In this document: positions 27,415-42,695 of the stretch, piece after piece
How the letters are laid out: every line of letters begins with the position of its first letter
Position numbering within the stretch: position 1 is the first letter of the stretch
From: Eledone cirrhosa
Taxonomy: Eukaryota
Assembly (NCBI GenBank): GCA_964016885.1
Contig: OZ024740.1
Span: forward strand, 164,858,001 to 164,922,000
DNA: 64,000 nucleotides
Direction: 5' to 3'
Notes under the pieces: generated by a model
Seen by the model: only the letters and a program-made list of their open reading frames with translations
What the model was told of the DNA's origin: nothing
The model's database searches: none
Program-made: the position numbers and the translations under genes

Positions 27415-27602
27415 AATAATGATGATGATGATGATGATGGTGGCGATGATGATGATGGTGATGATGATGATGATGATGATGATGATGAGGAGGAGGAGGA
27501 GGAGGAGGAGGAGGAGGAGGAGGAGGAGGGGGAGGAGGAGGAGAAGAAGAAGAAGAAGAAGAAGAAGAAGAAGAAGAAGAAGAAGAAGAAGAAGAAGAAG
27601 AT
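27415..27602. repeat. Compound trinucleotide microsatellite (GAT)n(GAG)n(AAG)n
   Basis: Seen directly. Confidence 0.95.
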
Positions 27603-29199
27603 TATTAATGCAGAAGATGCTAAGAGGTTACTTATCTCGAAACCAAGTACACTTTTCATTTCTGAGAATTGTAACTCCACTGCATACATATTTTCCACGG
27701 ATATTTAACTCAAGAACTTCAAACTGAACATCAATTTTATAAAACCTTATCAGTATCAGAAACCTCCATAAGAAACCTATTATCATTCTCTTTCACTCCT
27801 TCATTCCCCTCCAATTAAGTATTTCGAAAATATCTGATATTCATTATCATACATGGTAAACACCTCATATTTATTATGAAATTTATGATCACGCGGTAAA
27901 CATATTTCCCCCAACATACTGCTTAGAGACTTTCTATTTGATGTTAAACATAGATATATTGTTTTTGATTGCTCACTTACTAACTATAAATATAATTTCA
28001 TACCTATCCATGAGCATTTATATTGTTACACATGTCCGTATGCTAATCATTGTTTTAATAATGCTTGTTAGTTTGAGTTCATGGGATGCACGAAAAATTC
28101 AAATTTGCGCAAACGAAAAATTCATGTAATACTCTAATATGTCCTCGAGGACATTAATCACAGTGACAATTATCTCTCCATTTAAAACCTTTCATTTATT
28201 TCCATTACTTCTCGTACTAAATGAGGGAAATAAATAGGTAGAAATACTTCATGACCAAAGGTAATCAATTTGTTCAGGCAAAGGATGTTACAAAGAAAGT
28301 GGCATTGGGCATCACTCTTCATTAAAGTCGTTACATAGTGATATGTTACATTTAGATACGAAATCATGGCTTTAACCATTCAAGTATGATCTAGTCAAAA
28401 TTGAGGTCAACAACTCTGAAATATTCATTGTTCACTTACTCTTTAAACCTTGCTGGAAATTGGAAGATAATTGCAAATGTTTTCCTCTAACATTCAGTTC
28501 ACTGAACTATGGATATTTCACGTAACCAAAATAATACATTCTTGCAATGTAGTTGGACTTGATAATGGTCGTTGAGACTTGACGCTGAAAATGTCAAGAT
28601 AAATGAAGATCAATATCATCCATAGTGGTTTTAATAAATTAAGAGAATCAATTAGTAAGAACTAAAATATCATCAACAAATATATTAACAACACTCATGC
28701 GGTCAAATTTTAAACTCATACTTGTGAAATATTTCAGAATTATCATGTTAAAATACAACCGCCTGGATTATGACATCACGCTAACACATCAAAAGGCATA
28801 TAGAATGCGTTTTAGAAATGAAGGTGCACCTAGTAATGAATAGAGAGCGGTCTTATACATGCAAAATTGAAAATATTGCCTAGAAATATATTAAATTTTT
28901 TTTACTATTCTAGCTACAAAGCTAATCTAATCTTGCATGAGAAGCATACGTTACAGTGAGAATTGTTAACGTAGCTCTAAAAATAACATGAACTCAAATT
29001 ACATTCTCCCTTTCTGAGATAAAATATCAGGATGGACAAAACTACAATGATTTTCATCTGTAGAGTATGTTTTGAGCATTTTTAATGAATTAGGTATTAA
29101 TTATATAGTTTAGATGTGTCATTTTATTGAGTGGTATTTGTATAGGTTATGTGTTGTGCGTAAAGCTTCTGATGTTTGTGTTGTATTATGGAAATTAAA

Positions 29200-29480
29200 G
29201 TGCCCTGTGTATGATGCGAGTAAGGATTAGAAAGGCTAATGTTTTTACAATATGCAAATTTTGTTTTATCTGGTAATTTTCGTAATGACACCCACTGCGC
29301 CAATTAACACTGATACTATTCTCACTTTCATAACCCACATTTTCCTTATTTCAATTTCAATATGATTGTACATTGACAATTTCTCCACCTCGTTCCGGGT
29401 AATATTATTTCGGCAGATGAGGTTGAAATAATCTATCAGAGAACCAACATTTGGTTCCAGTCCTTCATATTTATATCTAG
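29200..29480 (-). mobile_element. Old R4-clade RLE C-terminal fragment
   Basis: EKLSMYNHIEIEIRKMWVMKVRIVSVLIGAVGVI matches EKLSKYKDLEIEIGKMWKLRTKTIPVVVGALGMI of element #1. Confidence 0.75.
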
Positions 29481-31031
29481 ACACTCTGTGTTGGTCTACT
29501 TACTGTATTTATGAATGTTCCATATGATTATGTCCAAATCGTTTTAATGACGTGGACAAATCTGCTGAATCAAACGTGTCTGTGATTGCACTCGTATAGA
29601 AAAAAATTGGGAGCCGGAAATTCTGTGATAAATTGTCTCGTTCTGTTAGTTTGATAATCTGCACTACATTATCGCATCTATTTTGATTATTGTAATTATG
29701 TAATTATTCCGGGTAAAGAAACCTAAAAATCAGATATTCTATTTTACCTTTGATCCAGGGCCCTTGGGTATTTTAAAGTTCTCTCTAGTTAACTTTCTCT
29801 CACACGTCGTGTGTCGAATTGGACGTTGAGTAGTTTTGCATTGCATTTATTCTAGAACGTATTTTGAAATTCCCAAATGATTTATTATTAAAATTCATTT
29901 TAATAATTTCATTTGGCATATCGTGTTTAAAATATATTTCCATAACTCTACGAAAATCTTAATAATCTTAGAGAATTTTGCTGTCAAATATATTTATTTA
30001 ATTTACTTTAACGACTCCAAGGAAATTTCGTTGCATCATACATATTACACGGATAATTTGTCCAATAAGATGATTGTGATTGGTCAATTGTTCAATGATA
30101 TATGATTTAAAAATCGATTTCAAGGGAGAAGCCTTTTAGTAATAATCATAGCGTCAAGATGCCACACATAATTTGCTATCGTACACATTATAAAGTTAAC
30201 TAAATGGTAACATTTGAAATAAAGATTGAATTATAACCACCGTGCGTATATAATGTTTGTATGATAAATTCGATTAGTTTCAATAAAGTTTATTATGGCT
30301 GATGGACTTTCAGTAATTAATGAATGAATGACGCATATATATAATATGACACGCATTACTAATATGTGTATATGCATACTATACATTCTTGAAATATGTC
30401 TATATATATGTACGTACGTATGTATGTATGTATGTATGTATGTATGTATGTATGTATGTATGTATGTATGTATGTATGTATGTATGTATGTATGTATGTA
30501 TGTATGTATGAATATATGCAAGTATGTATGTATATACGGACACTCACACGTGCTCCAATGAACACATGTTTATTATATATATAAATATATATTAGACAAT
30601 GAGCCAACGAGAAAAGTAATGCGTCACTCTATGGTGGCTCGACCTCATCGCAAAAAAATCTATAAGTCTCTTAAATTCTCTCTTAAATATACGATGTTAA
30701 TAATATAAGGGATACTCATGATTGGACCATCCTTTGGACATAAGGATTTTCAACCAGCCCTGACTTAGGGCTAGATAACATTAACGATGTCTTACAAATA
30801 CACATAAATGTTTGCTATGATAATTACCATTGAGTATTTGATCCCGAGTATTTCGAAATGTATTATGTGCCGAAATATAATATATTACTGTCTGCATTGT
30901 AGAGTAAAAATCATTAATATGGTAACTTTTCACTTCCATAGTAGGCCGAGCAATGAGACTTAATGTTATACTTACAACATGATTCAGTCGACTGTTTATT
31001 TCATTATGAAACTTCTTTTCGCTTACATAAT

Positions 31032-31278
<247 letters not shown>

Positions 31279-33892
31279 CTTTCAGTAAAGGAACGATAGG
31301 GAGTTGCTGAGAATTATAAGAGCTGACATTGCATGTAACTTTATATGTGTGTGTATGTATGTATACACGTTGTATGCATGATTATATATTTATACACACA
31401 AGCACGCACGTTCGCACACATACACTCTCGCATCTACAAACAGATATATATATATATATATATATATATACGTATATATATATATATGTGTATATATATA
31501 TATATATATTACTGTGTATGTGTCGCATAAAGGCATGAAATAAAATTATTACTGTCCTGGTAAAATGTAAAAGTAGCAAATTTTCGTAGAATATATTTAA
31601 TGTGGTTGGGAAATAAAAACATCGACAACTTTCAACGATACTTTATTCATATGATAAAATAATTCTATTTTATGGTTAATGAATGTGATAGGTGCCACGC
31701 CGATTCCACGCCTTCTGGGTTACAGGTTTGTTGCAATATATATGATGGCTACACGCATATACAAATACACACTCATATATAAACAAGCATACACACATAC
31801 AGACATACACATATATAAATATATATGTGTGTGTTCATATTTATGAGGCTATGTAAATACATATGCATATATATACACATATACAATAGTAGTATATAGA
31901 TGTTATATATATGTTTTTTAAATCAAATGTTCCATTCTGAAACTTAGTTGTTTCAAACAAGAAATATTTCTTAAATTTAGATTCCTACATATATAACAGG
32001 TTTCAAATGCACGCATCTGTTATATCTCAACAACATTCCAAGAATGATCCAGCGAAATTATACGGATTGGACTGGTTAACAATTTCCTCATATATGTAAT
32101 GCCTTACTTCAGCAAGTAAAATAAGTTATCAAAATAAGTCAGCAAGTAAAATAAGTTATCAACGTATTTGCTGAAAAGGTAGCAGACCAGTATGGATACA
32201 CATAGCGATATTAAATGTAGAAATCTCTTACAGAAATGAAAATATATGTTAACTAATGCCTAGAATTATTTCTTCCTCTATATATAATTGAATATCATAT
32301 GAACTGAAATTTTTAAAAAGTTTGGAAATTTAGTCAAAATTCACAGTCACTCCTCTGATGCATGGACGTGTATACAAAGTGGCATGTTCAGTCTAAATAA
32401 ATCAACTGTAAACAATATAGTCGCAATAATAGGCCGATGGCAACACATATAACCGATTATAAATAGGCATAAAAGAAAGTTCGCAATAACACTATTGTCA
32501 AGATGACGCAGTACTATGTTTGAGATTGAAATTAGTAATCAAGGAGATATAGGAAAGAGATATAAAAGATATATTATTTATATTTTATTTTTATTGTTAT
32601 CATTTATGATCAATGGCGACGTTGTGTATAGTAGACCAGGGCATAAATTCTGGCTTACTACATTTCACATAGCTTAAATAACAAGTATTATTTATGCATC
32701 CGGGTTTAAAATTCCCAATTCTAACCTTTGCAATAGTTTCTGGGTCCCGTTCCATTGCCTGAAAATCAAATGCATAAATGTCCTATGAAAACTTTGTAGA
32801 GAACTGTTGCTGCGATGGCCTGTTTGGAGTAACGTAAGAAGTATTGACGGTGATACCTTTCGCAGCATCACTTCTATGAACTTAAGCGATGTAAATAGGC
32901 TTAATTTTGGATATAGTAAGTTGTTTGGATATGCTTCATATTTGATCTTTGTAAACGGTGTCTTTATCTTGCTTGTTCAGCTACCTGTGATTTTCGTAGT
33001 GTTCAAATCCCCTCTGCTATTTTTTCAATGTTACTTAGTACAATCCAAATATTTCCCATCATTATTTTTTATGTTTTTTAAAGTGATTTCTCGCTGATTT
33101 GCCCTTCATATAGCCGTCCAGTAATACAATAATTTTCATTAGTAACACAATAATTTTCATTAGTAAATACATTACTGCTTATTTATCTCCCTTAGGCAAT
33201 CACACTCAATTTTCTGTAACCGCTATGTTTATTGAAATATTAACGTTTTTTTTTATATATGCACCTTTCTAAAATGTGGACGATATCTATCCAACTCTCG
33301 CTTCTATTGTTGGATCTTCTCTCTCTGAACATATGGGTTGAATGTATGTGGGTAGTGTGGCTATGTGTATCTCTCTGCGTATGTGGGTGTAAGTACATAT
33401 ATCACAGGGGAAACAATGCGCACCTCTTTAGCCACCCACTATAAGTTTATAAATCTTTAGCTACTAACAAATAAACAACAAAAGAATATAAACGAAAAAT
33501 ATCAATAACAAACAGATAGTCGACTACGAAAAAATCAAATTGACACAAAGACAAAAATGTTTTGGAAATATGTATATACAAACAAAATATATTTTCAAAT
33601 ATAAATGTAAATCTAGAAAGTGAAACAGATACACTAGAATGCTGAAAGAAGGGAAAATATATTGTGCCTTCTGATCAGGCACTGAAGATCAGAAAGATAA
33701 CTTGACAGAAATATCGACACGAGGGCATTTGGTCATAGAGAACATAGGGGACTGGTGAAAGGGAAGTACAACTGGGAAGTCAGAATGACATTCAAGAGGT
33801 AGATGGAGTGAAAGAAAGTAATTTCACGAGAGAGAGCGAGGGAGTGAGAGATGGAATGTTACGTATTTATGTATGTATATATATATATAAAA

Positions 33893-34019
33893 AAAAGCAT
33901 TTTGAAGACCATTCACTATTGTTTTAAAATAGTGACAATCTCCCCTGTTTGCTGAAAATTTAAATAAGTGACATTGTCACTATTTTAAAACAATAGCGTA
34001 TGGTCTTCAAAATGCTTTT
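33893..34019. repeat. Inverted repeat, ~47-bp arms, next to (TA)n
   Basis: AAAAGCATTTTGAAGACCAT...ATAGTGACAAT / ATTGTCACTAT...ATGGTCTTCAAAATGCTTTT. Confidence 0.9.
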
Positions 34020-34382
34020 AATTAAGCATACAGTGTATTGCAAAATACACTGTATATACATTCATATATATATATCGCTATTTCAGAGCACCAATTCTAA
34101 TTTATATATATATATATATACAAGTGGAAGCTAAGTAAAATCGAAACTTGGCTGCGGCCAAGCAAAACCGACCTACAATTAGGAATGAGTAGCAAAGCAC
34201 TAAATAAGGGTAGGCCCTTAGAGTAATAACATACGTTTAGATAGCTTGACAAATTGAAAATTGCGGCAGGCAAAACCCAGCCATACAAAACCAAAACAAC
34301 AAAAAAAAACTAATCACGTTATATATACATATTATAAAATAATAGGAGGCTGGACTGGTGTAAATCCTTAAAAGTTTATTAT

Positions 34383-34436
34383 ACTATGATCATTTCAACG
34401 ACCGGGTTCAGTATGAATCCGGCGACATCATCAGGT
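34383..34436 (-). ncRNA. Hammerhead ribozyme-like motif in a putative PLE pLTR
   Basis: AC-CUGAUGA-[CCGGAUUCA-UAC-UGAACCCGG stem II]-GAAA-UGAUCA-UA-GU, followed closely by AATAAA (34375-34380). Palindromic stem III AUGAUCAU; stem I is weak. Confidence 0.6.
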
Positions 34437-34969
34437 GTTCGAAATATAACAAAGGAATATAATAGACAAAATCCATGGGGCTGAAAATCAAAGACATGAG
34501 AGCGACCGAACATTTAGCAGCTTCTACCCCAGACGGCCGCCCTCAAGTGGTGATTATTAAGCCTACTTATGTCCATCTGGTGAAGGGGCGTAGGCTTATA
34601 GTGTACTACTACCACCCCGTCAAAGACAGAGGCCAGCGTTGAGGTCAGGTTACAAACAAGATAGAAAGTGCCACGAAAAATATCAAAGAACATATATATT
34701 TAACAAATCTATATATAGTAAATTATAGTGGGCGTCTGCATGGTATAATCTATGGTCAGAAATTACGATTAACAATGAGAAACGTTAAATTTATGTTTAG
34801 AGTTAGAAGATGCCATTTAAGATGAAATTAGAAATATAAGATTTAGGTTTGAAGTTGTGAGATTTAGTTAAAGAATTTACAGAAGGAGGCTTTTATGATC
34901 AAGTTTAAGTGTATTATAGATAGTCACGATAAATTTCAGGGTAGAACATAGAGTAAAGATTAAGCCCAT

Positions 34970-35453
34970 GCTTAGCGATCAATAACAAGCGACGTCGCGG
35001 ACCCCCGGCCATCCCGGGGCCCAACGGCGTGTCAGCCGTTAAGAGTAATATCGTCTAGCTAAAGAAATGTAAATTGATTATTCCGAGCACTCCAGGAATG
35101 TTAACTGTCTTAAGCATCGCGTGTGTTAGCGGGAAGTCCGCCACTGTCCGCGGCCATCGTATATACCAAACGATTACTAGTTATTCACACTGGTGGGGGA
35201 TTTAATTAAGTACTAGTGGAAGGAGGCAAGATAAAGTTAAAAGTTACGATTAAGCCTAGAATTTAAAGGTACTGTTTGGCGGTCAATAACCGGTGTCGCG
35301 GCGGGTTCCAAGTCCGACAGGGCCCCAGGGTGTGGCAGCCGTTCAGAGTATTTTCGTTTCCTAACTTTTTTCCTATTAGTCACTCTACTACCCAAAGTAT
35401 CGAATACTCTGGTGAATTATGGTCCACCTGGTTCCTTACCACACTTCTTTCGT

Positions 35454-35487
<34 letters not shown>

Positions 35488-35524
35488 CGTGTGCGTGCGT
35501 GCGTGCGTGTGCGTGTGTGTGTGT

Positions 35525-35562
<38 letters not shown>

Positions 35563-35789
35563 TGGTAGCTAAGATGATTCTATAGGCGGTAAGGCGGTTG
35601 AGCATGTTCTTACAGAGCAGAGTGTGATATAACTTTGATCCGAAGTCATTAGAAGTGTCCGACGAACCAGCAGATCAAGTATCAGATAGATCCACACACT
35701 GATCGTGTCTCGAGCTGGCTGCCGGCGAAACAATTGTAACACCATAAATCGAGTTCAGATGCATCACTGATTTTTCGTTTTATATTATA

Positions 35790-35829
<40 letters not shown>

Positions 35830-35830
35830 C

Positions 35831-35921
<91 letters not shown>

Positions 35922-35929
35922 CATACACA

Positions 35930-35962
<33 letters not shown>

Positions 35963-35963
35963 T

Positions 35964-36009
<46 letters not shown>

Positions 36010-36024
36010 AATATATATATATAT

Positions 36025-36116
<92 letters not shown>

Positions 36117-36334
36117 TATGTGTATAAGGGTCTGTATGTGTGTGTTTGTGTGTCGATTACTTATGTCTGGGACTATGTATGTCAAAGCATGTGCTATGTA
36201 AATTGGTTTTGAAATATAACACAGATTGTATTTACAGAGGAGTTAACCGAGCGAAACACTATATACTATCTTGGTAAACGCTAGATTTCTTATATATTTA
36301 ACGTTTCTCGCCCAACTCTCTTTCTCTTCCTCTT

Positions 36335-36389
<55 letters not shown>

Positions 36390-36528
36390 AAAATGGAGAG
36401 CTGCGTGGTTGCACATGGGCCACATATGAATAAAACTAGTCCTTCATCAGTGATCTTCCAACTTTCATTGGTATTTCATAAAGCGATGAAATACCAATGA
36501 AAGTTGGAAGATGACTGATGAAGGACTA

Positions 36529-36570
<42 letters not shown>

Positions 36571-36690
36571 TAAACATGCAGAAGTGAAAACCAACCAAAC
36601 AGTGTTATGTAATTATTTCTGGCAATATTATTACAACAATATGACCCTCCGCAAGTACATATATATATATAAATACACATATATATGTGC

Positions 36691-36726
<36 letters not shown>

Positions 36727-37258
36727 TTATGTATGTGTATAAGGGTCTCTATGTGTGTGTTTGTATATATCTATGTATAGACATTTCTTATCTCCAAAGA
36801 AATAGGGTTTTAGGAAGCCGTAGCTATGCAAACACGGGGGGTGGGGGTAACACACACACACACACATATTTATATATATATGTATATATGTATATATATG
36901 TATATATATATATATATATATATACATTTCAGGACTCCGACGGCTGAGCTCCGGCCAGTTCGACAGGTAGATACGAACACCTAATTAGTATGTGATAGCA
37001 GTTAGGATTGACGAAATATAAATTTTTAGATTTTCTGAATGCACAAGGGTGTCATTGGTGCTTCTGTACTCCGATATTTTGTTACAGAATTGTTGTTGGA
37101 ATCGATGTTTTCAAGATTTGAAATTTACTCCCTTGTCCAGGTTCAAAAGGTCGGTCTCAAATAGCTAGAGCAGCGGGTTCATATTACTCACTTTACTACC
37201 CCAAGTATCGAGTACTCTGGTGGGCTATGGTCTAGCCGGCGGTTTTTACCACACCCTA

Positions 37259-37301
<43 letters not shown>

Positions 37302-37345
37302 TTTATATTTATGTGTGTGTACGTGTATGTGTGTATATATACATT

Positions 37346-37386
<41 letters not shown>

Positions 37387-37665
37387 GTAAAACACTGGAA
37401 GGTAATATCCGTAGTGGTAGAGCACTCAGTCCATGGGACGAGTTTGATAGAAGTAGTAACACAACATTTTGTTCACCTTACCGAGAACAATTGTTGTTGA
37501 AGGGGGCAAGCTTCAGACCTTCGGCAAGGGCATTCTGGTGGGGTGCCGTCCCTAGGACTATTGGTGATGTGAGCCTTCATGTTCTTAGCGCAGGTGTATC
37601 CTAGTTTTACCCTGTGTCTGTTAAAGATGGAGCGGTATTTGTGACCTATGGGAAAGTGTCTAAAG
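34970..37665 (-). mobile_element. Cluster of Naiad-like PLE fragments interleaved with microsatellites
   Basis: 37473-37665 gives [27 protein letters not shown]...[11 protein letters not shown](NNNC after one frameshift), i.e. CxCx5Cx5C. Related C-terminal pieces at 34970-35110, 35278-35380 and 36945-37060. Confidence 0.6.
36430..36535. repeat. Fold-back, 50-bp arms with one mismatch, PLE pLTR-derived
   Basis: ATAAAACTAGTCCTTCATCAG...TTCAT-aaagcg-ATGAA...CTGATGAAGGACTAGTTTTAT; same family as 38780-39398. Confidence 0.9.
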
Positions 37666-37669
37666 ACAC

Positions 37670-37794
<125 letters not shown>

Positions 37795-38515
37795 CGAGCC
37801 CCCTTTGGATTTTAGTCTTCACATATATGTTTGTGTGTGTATATATGTGTGTAATATGGGTCTGTGAATGCGCACGCGCTTGTGTGTGTATTTACCTTAT
37901 TTGAATAACTGATTTGTTTACACAAATTAAGTTGCAACTATATTATATGATCATGTAGTGCGCTCTTCAATAAAGTGCTCAATAAATGCTGTAATGAAGA
38001 GATAATATGCTTTTTTATTATACATATATTATCACAAGCTGCTGTATACTTCATTCGAATGAATATGTTCATTACGTATGATATTCTAATAAATGGGATT
38101 TTACAAATATAAAAATTTTAAACAAAAGGTAACATATAGTTATGGTAAACATTAAATCAATTGTAAAAGTTGCCATCTTTATACTTTTAAAAGATTTGAA
38201 AACCAAGTGGCAGCTACATTTGTACTACAAGTCACGTGATATATAAGGACCACTGTAAAATAGTCTCTAGCCACTACTAGTAATATTCCAATTCTAAAAA
38301 TAAGGATCTGAAGAACACGGAACATAAATGTACATCAGGATTACAGAACACTATTGTTCCAAATCAGGCAAGGAGTACAAGCGTAAACATTTTAGAATTT
38401 CTTTATATAAAATATCAAACTTCACCACACTCATAATTTTAATATTACATGTTTCAAAGAAAGGCAGTTCGCAAATTGTAAATACAGACTATCGTAAATA
38501 TACATATTTATATAA

Positions 38516-38550
<35 letters not shown>

Positions 38551-38555
38551 TATAA

Positions 38556-38673
<118 letters not shown>

Positions 38674-38779
38674 CGAAAGAGAGAGAGAGATAAATATGTA
38701 TATATATATATATATATATATAAATATATGAAAAATATGAAAACATGGCGTGCTACGTGGTTGCAAATGGGTTACATAT

Positions 38780-39398
38780 GAATAAATTTAGTCCTTCGTC
38801 AGTGATCTTCCAGCCTTCATTGGTATTTCATCGCTTTAAAGACCATATACCTCTGGTTGGTGCGAGCAACGGCTAAAGAAAGTCGTTGCGACACGTAAAT
38901 AGGGGGAACGAGCTAGACAGTAAACAAATAAAGATGGTAATGCAACGAAGATGGTAATGTGAGGAAGAAGAAATCAAGTCCCTGAAATCGATGAACATAA
39001 GTTCTGTGAAATCGTAGACGAGAGAGAATAAAGACCATCCAACGTGGTCGAAATGTGAGTGAGGAAACAATTTCGCATAGGTCAAACGGGAGGAAGTAGG
39101 ACAGGGAGTAGCAGGGAGTGAATGAGTGAAAGTGTGAGGGTTAGATGGTCTTTATTCTCTCTCGTCTACGATTTCACAGAACTTATGTTCATCGATTTCA
39201 GGGACTTGACTCCCTCTTCTTCACTTTTCGTTGCATTACTATCTTTGTTTGTTTACTGTCTCACTCGTTCCCCCTATTTACGTGTCCCAACGACTTTCTT
39301 TAGCCGTTGCTCGCACCAACCGGAGGTATATGGTCTTTAAAGCGATGAAATACCAATGAAGGCTGGAAGATCACTGCTGAAGGACTAAATTTTTTCAT
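38780..39398. repeat. Inverted repeat, ~260-bp arms (38780-39042 / 39140-39398), PLE pLTR-derived
   Basis: Reverse-complement arms flanked by (TA)n. Shares GTTGGTGCGAGC with the 3' region of the PLE at ~43880. Confidence 0.9.
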
Positions 39399-39605
39399 AT
39401 ATATATAAATATATGAATATATATATGAATATATATATGAATATATGTATTTATGTGTGTATGTATGTATATATATATATATAGAGAGAGTAATATGTAA
39501 TATAATATAATACAATGTATCAATATTATATAATATTATATATATATATATATATGTATCTATCTATTTATATATATATATATAAATATATATATAAATA
39601 GATAG

Positions 39606-39745
<140 letters not shown>

Positions 39746-39945
39746 CTTTATATACATATATATATATATATTAATCTATACGTAGACAAGAATTTTATGG
39801 GAAACGATATGTGAAATAGAAAGTGAAATAAAATATATATTAGCTCTCTTTCGTTTTTGACGCCGAATTACTCATCAGGAAATTACATTATAAATGATAT
39901 ATGTTTGTATGCAGACATATATATCGCTTATATATACTCACACAC

Positions 39946-39977
<32 letters not shown>

Positions 39978-39981
39978 ATGT

Positions 39982-40045
<64 letters not shown>

Positions 40046-40285
40046 CTGTGTGTGTGTATGTGTATGTGTGTGTGTGTGTGTGTATACACACACAGATATC
40101 CTCGTGCCCACACATATATATATATATTGGTTTACACTTACATATTGAAATATATTAGCGATATACACTTAGACATGTACGCATAAACAGGTATAATTCA
40201 TATACACAAGTATTTATCCATATTTAGAGATATATTTGCCTGCCTCACTCTTTCTCTGTCTCTCTCTCTCTCTTATTATATATAA

Positions 40286-40319
<34 letters not shown>

Positions 40320-40365
40320 ATGTGTGTGTGTGTTTGTGTGCGCGTTTGTGTGCGTGCGCGCGCGC

Positions 40366-40423
<58 letters not shown>

Positions 40424-40830
40424 GTGTGTGTGTTTCTCTATTTATGACGAGAGTTACATTCACACGATCTAACACATAAAGAAAGACCTGAATGCAAAAT
40501 ATAACTTTAAACACAGTTTTCTCTCCACGTTTTTAAAGATGTGATCCGTATTTTTTATATCATCTGTCGAGTGATGGAAGGAGAATGCGAAAAATAGATA
40601 GAAGGAGAGGGAGATGGTGAGATAGCTGTTTAGAAAGATTAACGAATGTCAAATATATTATGTACAGAATTCATCAGCAATGTTATTAAGGAACAAAAAA
40701 TAAATTGATACTGACCAAGTTTTTAACGTGCATGGATATGCGTTTAAATACATATATACATACTCATACGAACACACATAAATTCACACACGTACACACA
40801 GAAATATATATGCATGTATATATGTATGTA

Positions 40831-40872
<42 letters not shown>

Positions 40873-40877
40873 TCTGT

Positions 40878-40924
<47 letters not shown>

Positions 40925-40992
40925 ATATGTTATATATATACAGATATGTGCATATACGTATGTATGTTCATATATATATATATATATATATG

Positions 40993-41023
<31 letters not shown>

Positions 41024-41256
41024 ATGTATGCATATGGGTGTGTGTATGTATGTGTGTGTGTGTATATTTTTTCTCACTAGTCAGTTCGTTCGTTGCTACA
41101 GATCACGCAGCTGAATTATCGGTCGCTATTTTCCATTTGCAAAGGCCTTTAAACTGTATGTTATTACTCTGAGGTCTATACCTCATCGAGTGCTTGGCTG
41201 CACTGCTGAAGGCATTCGTTGGCTTAGCTGCTACTCGAACTTCGAATATGCTGCAC

Positions 41257-41357
<101 letters not shown>

Positions 41358-41977
41358 CGATTAGGAAGAAAAATAAAATTGTCCGTTATTCTTTTCCTTT
41401 TTCTGGGTTAGAAAAAGTTCATAACAATTTATTTTACTTTGTGTAAAGTGTCAAAGTATTAATTAATTTATTTATTAACTAACAATACCATTAATTAATT
41501 TATTTATTAATTAATTTATTTAATAATATCAATTACCTGTTTTAGCATTTTATGCATTTTCAAATTATGAGAGTGGGAGAGAAAAAAAGGATTTGTGTTT
41601 GTACAAAATGTACTAGAGAAAATAAAGTGATGTTAAACATGTTAAGGAAATGGGAAAGAAAGAATAATATTATTTACAAACATGCTTTTTGAAGACAAGC
41701 AATTCAAACATTGTTTTTAGGCAAGATCGCTTGAAGATGTTCATTCTGGGAGGAGGCAAATGGCCGTCCGGGACTGGGTGTGTGTTTCCCTTTTTAGAGA
41801 ATTAATATGCATGGGGAGGTAATTCAAGGTGGGAGGGTAGTGGAGGAGAAAGAGAGGAGAGGGGGTAATTCATTTATATAAGAAAAAGGAATAGGTAGGG
41901 TGTCAGGGAGGTAACACTTTAGAGAACACACAAATTTCAGATATGAGTGAGTCTAGGGTTCATTGTTCATTCTAGTT

Positions 41978-42540
41978 TTAGTTTAGTTCGAAGTTTAGTC
42001 CATTAAGTAGAGGTTGGAATTTGTTAATGAAGTACGTTTCCTTATTAGTACGTTGGATGAAAGAAGCGTTGTCTATGAATTTGTAAATGGGGAAAATTCT
42101 AAACTGTGGATGTTGGTTAGGTGCACGTTTGGCGATGTGTTCACTAAGAGCAATATTTCTGTATTCCTGTATTTTCATTTGTGATCTATGAACTGTTATA
42201 CGTTGTCGGAGGCTGTTGTTTGTCTGTCTTATGTAGTGCTCTCGACAACCTGAGCAGGTCAAAACATAGATTAGGTTTTCAGATGCACATGCAAAGTTGT
42301 GTTTAATTGTGAAATGTTGCCCTTGTTTGAAATGGAATGGTGAACCTTCTTTTAGATTTATGCATATACCACAGTTGGTCCTTCCGCATTCTTTTACTGT
42401 AGGGTTCATTGTGAGGGTTGGCTAGATTTTGGCTGGTGTGAGGATGTTTTTTATGGATTTAGGTTGTCTTTTGCACTTTATGGTGTTGCGTGTTTGGAGG
42501 ATTTTACTCATTCTTGGATTTCTTTTTAGTAAAGGTATGC
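41978..42540 (-). mobile_element. Neptune-like PLE fragment: linker zinc finger + GIY-YIG endonuclease
   Basis: CGRTNCGIC linker; NLIYVLTCSGCREHYIRQTNNSLRQRITVHRS; ALSEH; KETYFINKFQPLLN. Confidence 0.88.
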
Positions 42541-42640
42541 TATCAGACAAGAACTTAATGTTGTGAGTTCTATTTGACTATTCAAACAGAACTCACAACA
42601 TTAAATTCTTCTCTGAATATGTCACTATCTGTAAACTAAC

Positions 42641-42695
42641 TTTATCTGTTGAGAGCGTACCAAAATGTTAGTACCCTTGAAATATATATAATAAA
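42641..42695 (+). ncRNA. Hammerhead-like motif (core CUGUUGA) in the inverted pLTR at the PLE 5' truncation
   Basis: UUUAU-CUGUUGA-GAGCGUAC-loop-GUACCCUU-GAAA-UAUAUA-UA-AUAAA, then AATAAA. Confidence 0.5.

Noticed and set aside
27345-27727. Poly-Met/Arg and poly-Phe/Ser ORFs
   Set aside because: Compound trinucleotide microsatellite with no flanking coding signal.
32700-33100. Minus-strand open frame as a host exon
   Set aside because: No recognisable domain; traces look more like a decayed APE endonuclease, too weak to annotate.
39840-39885. Minus-strand CUGAUGA...GAAA as a functional hammerhead
   Set aside because: Core present, but stems I and III do not pair; at most a decayed copy.
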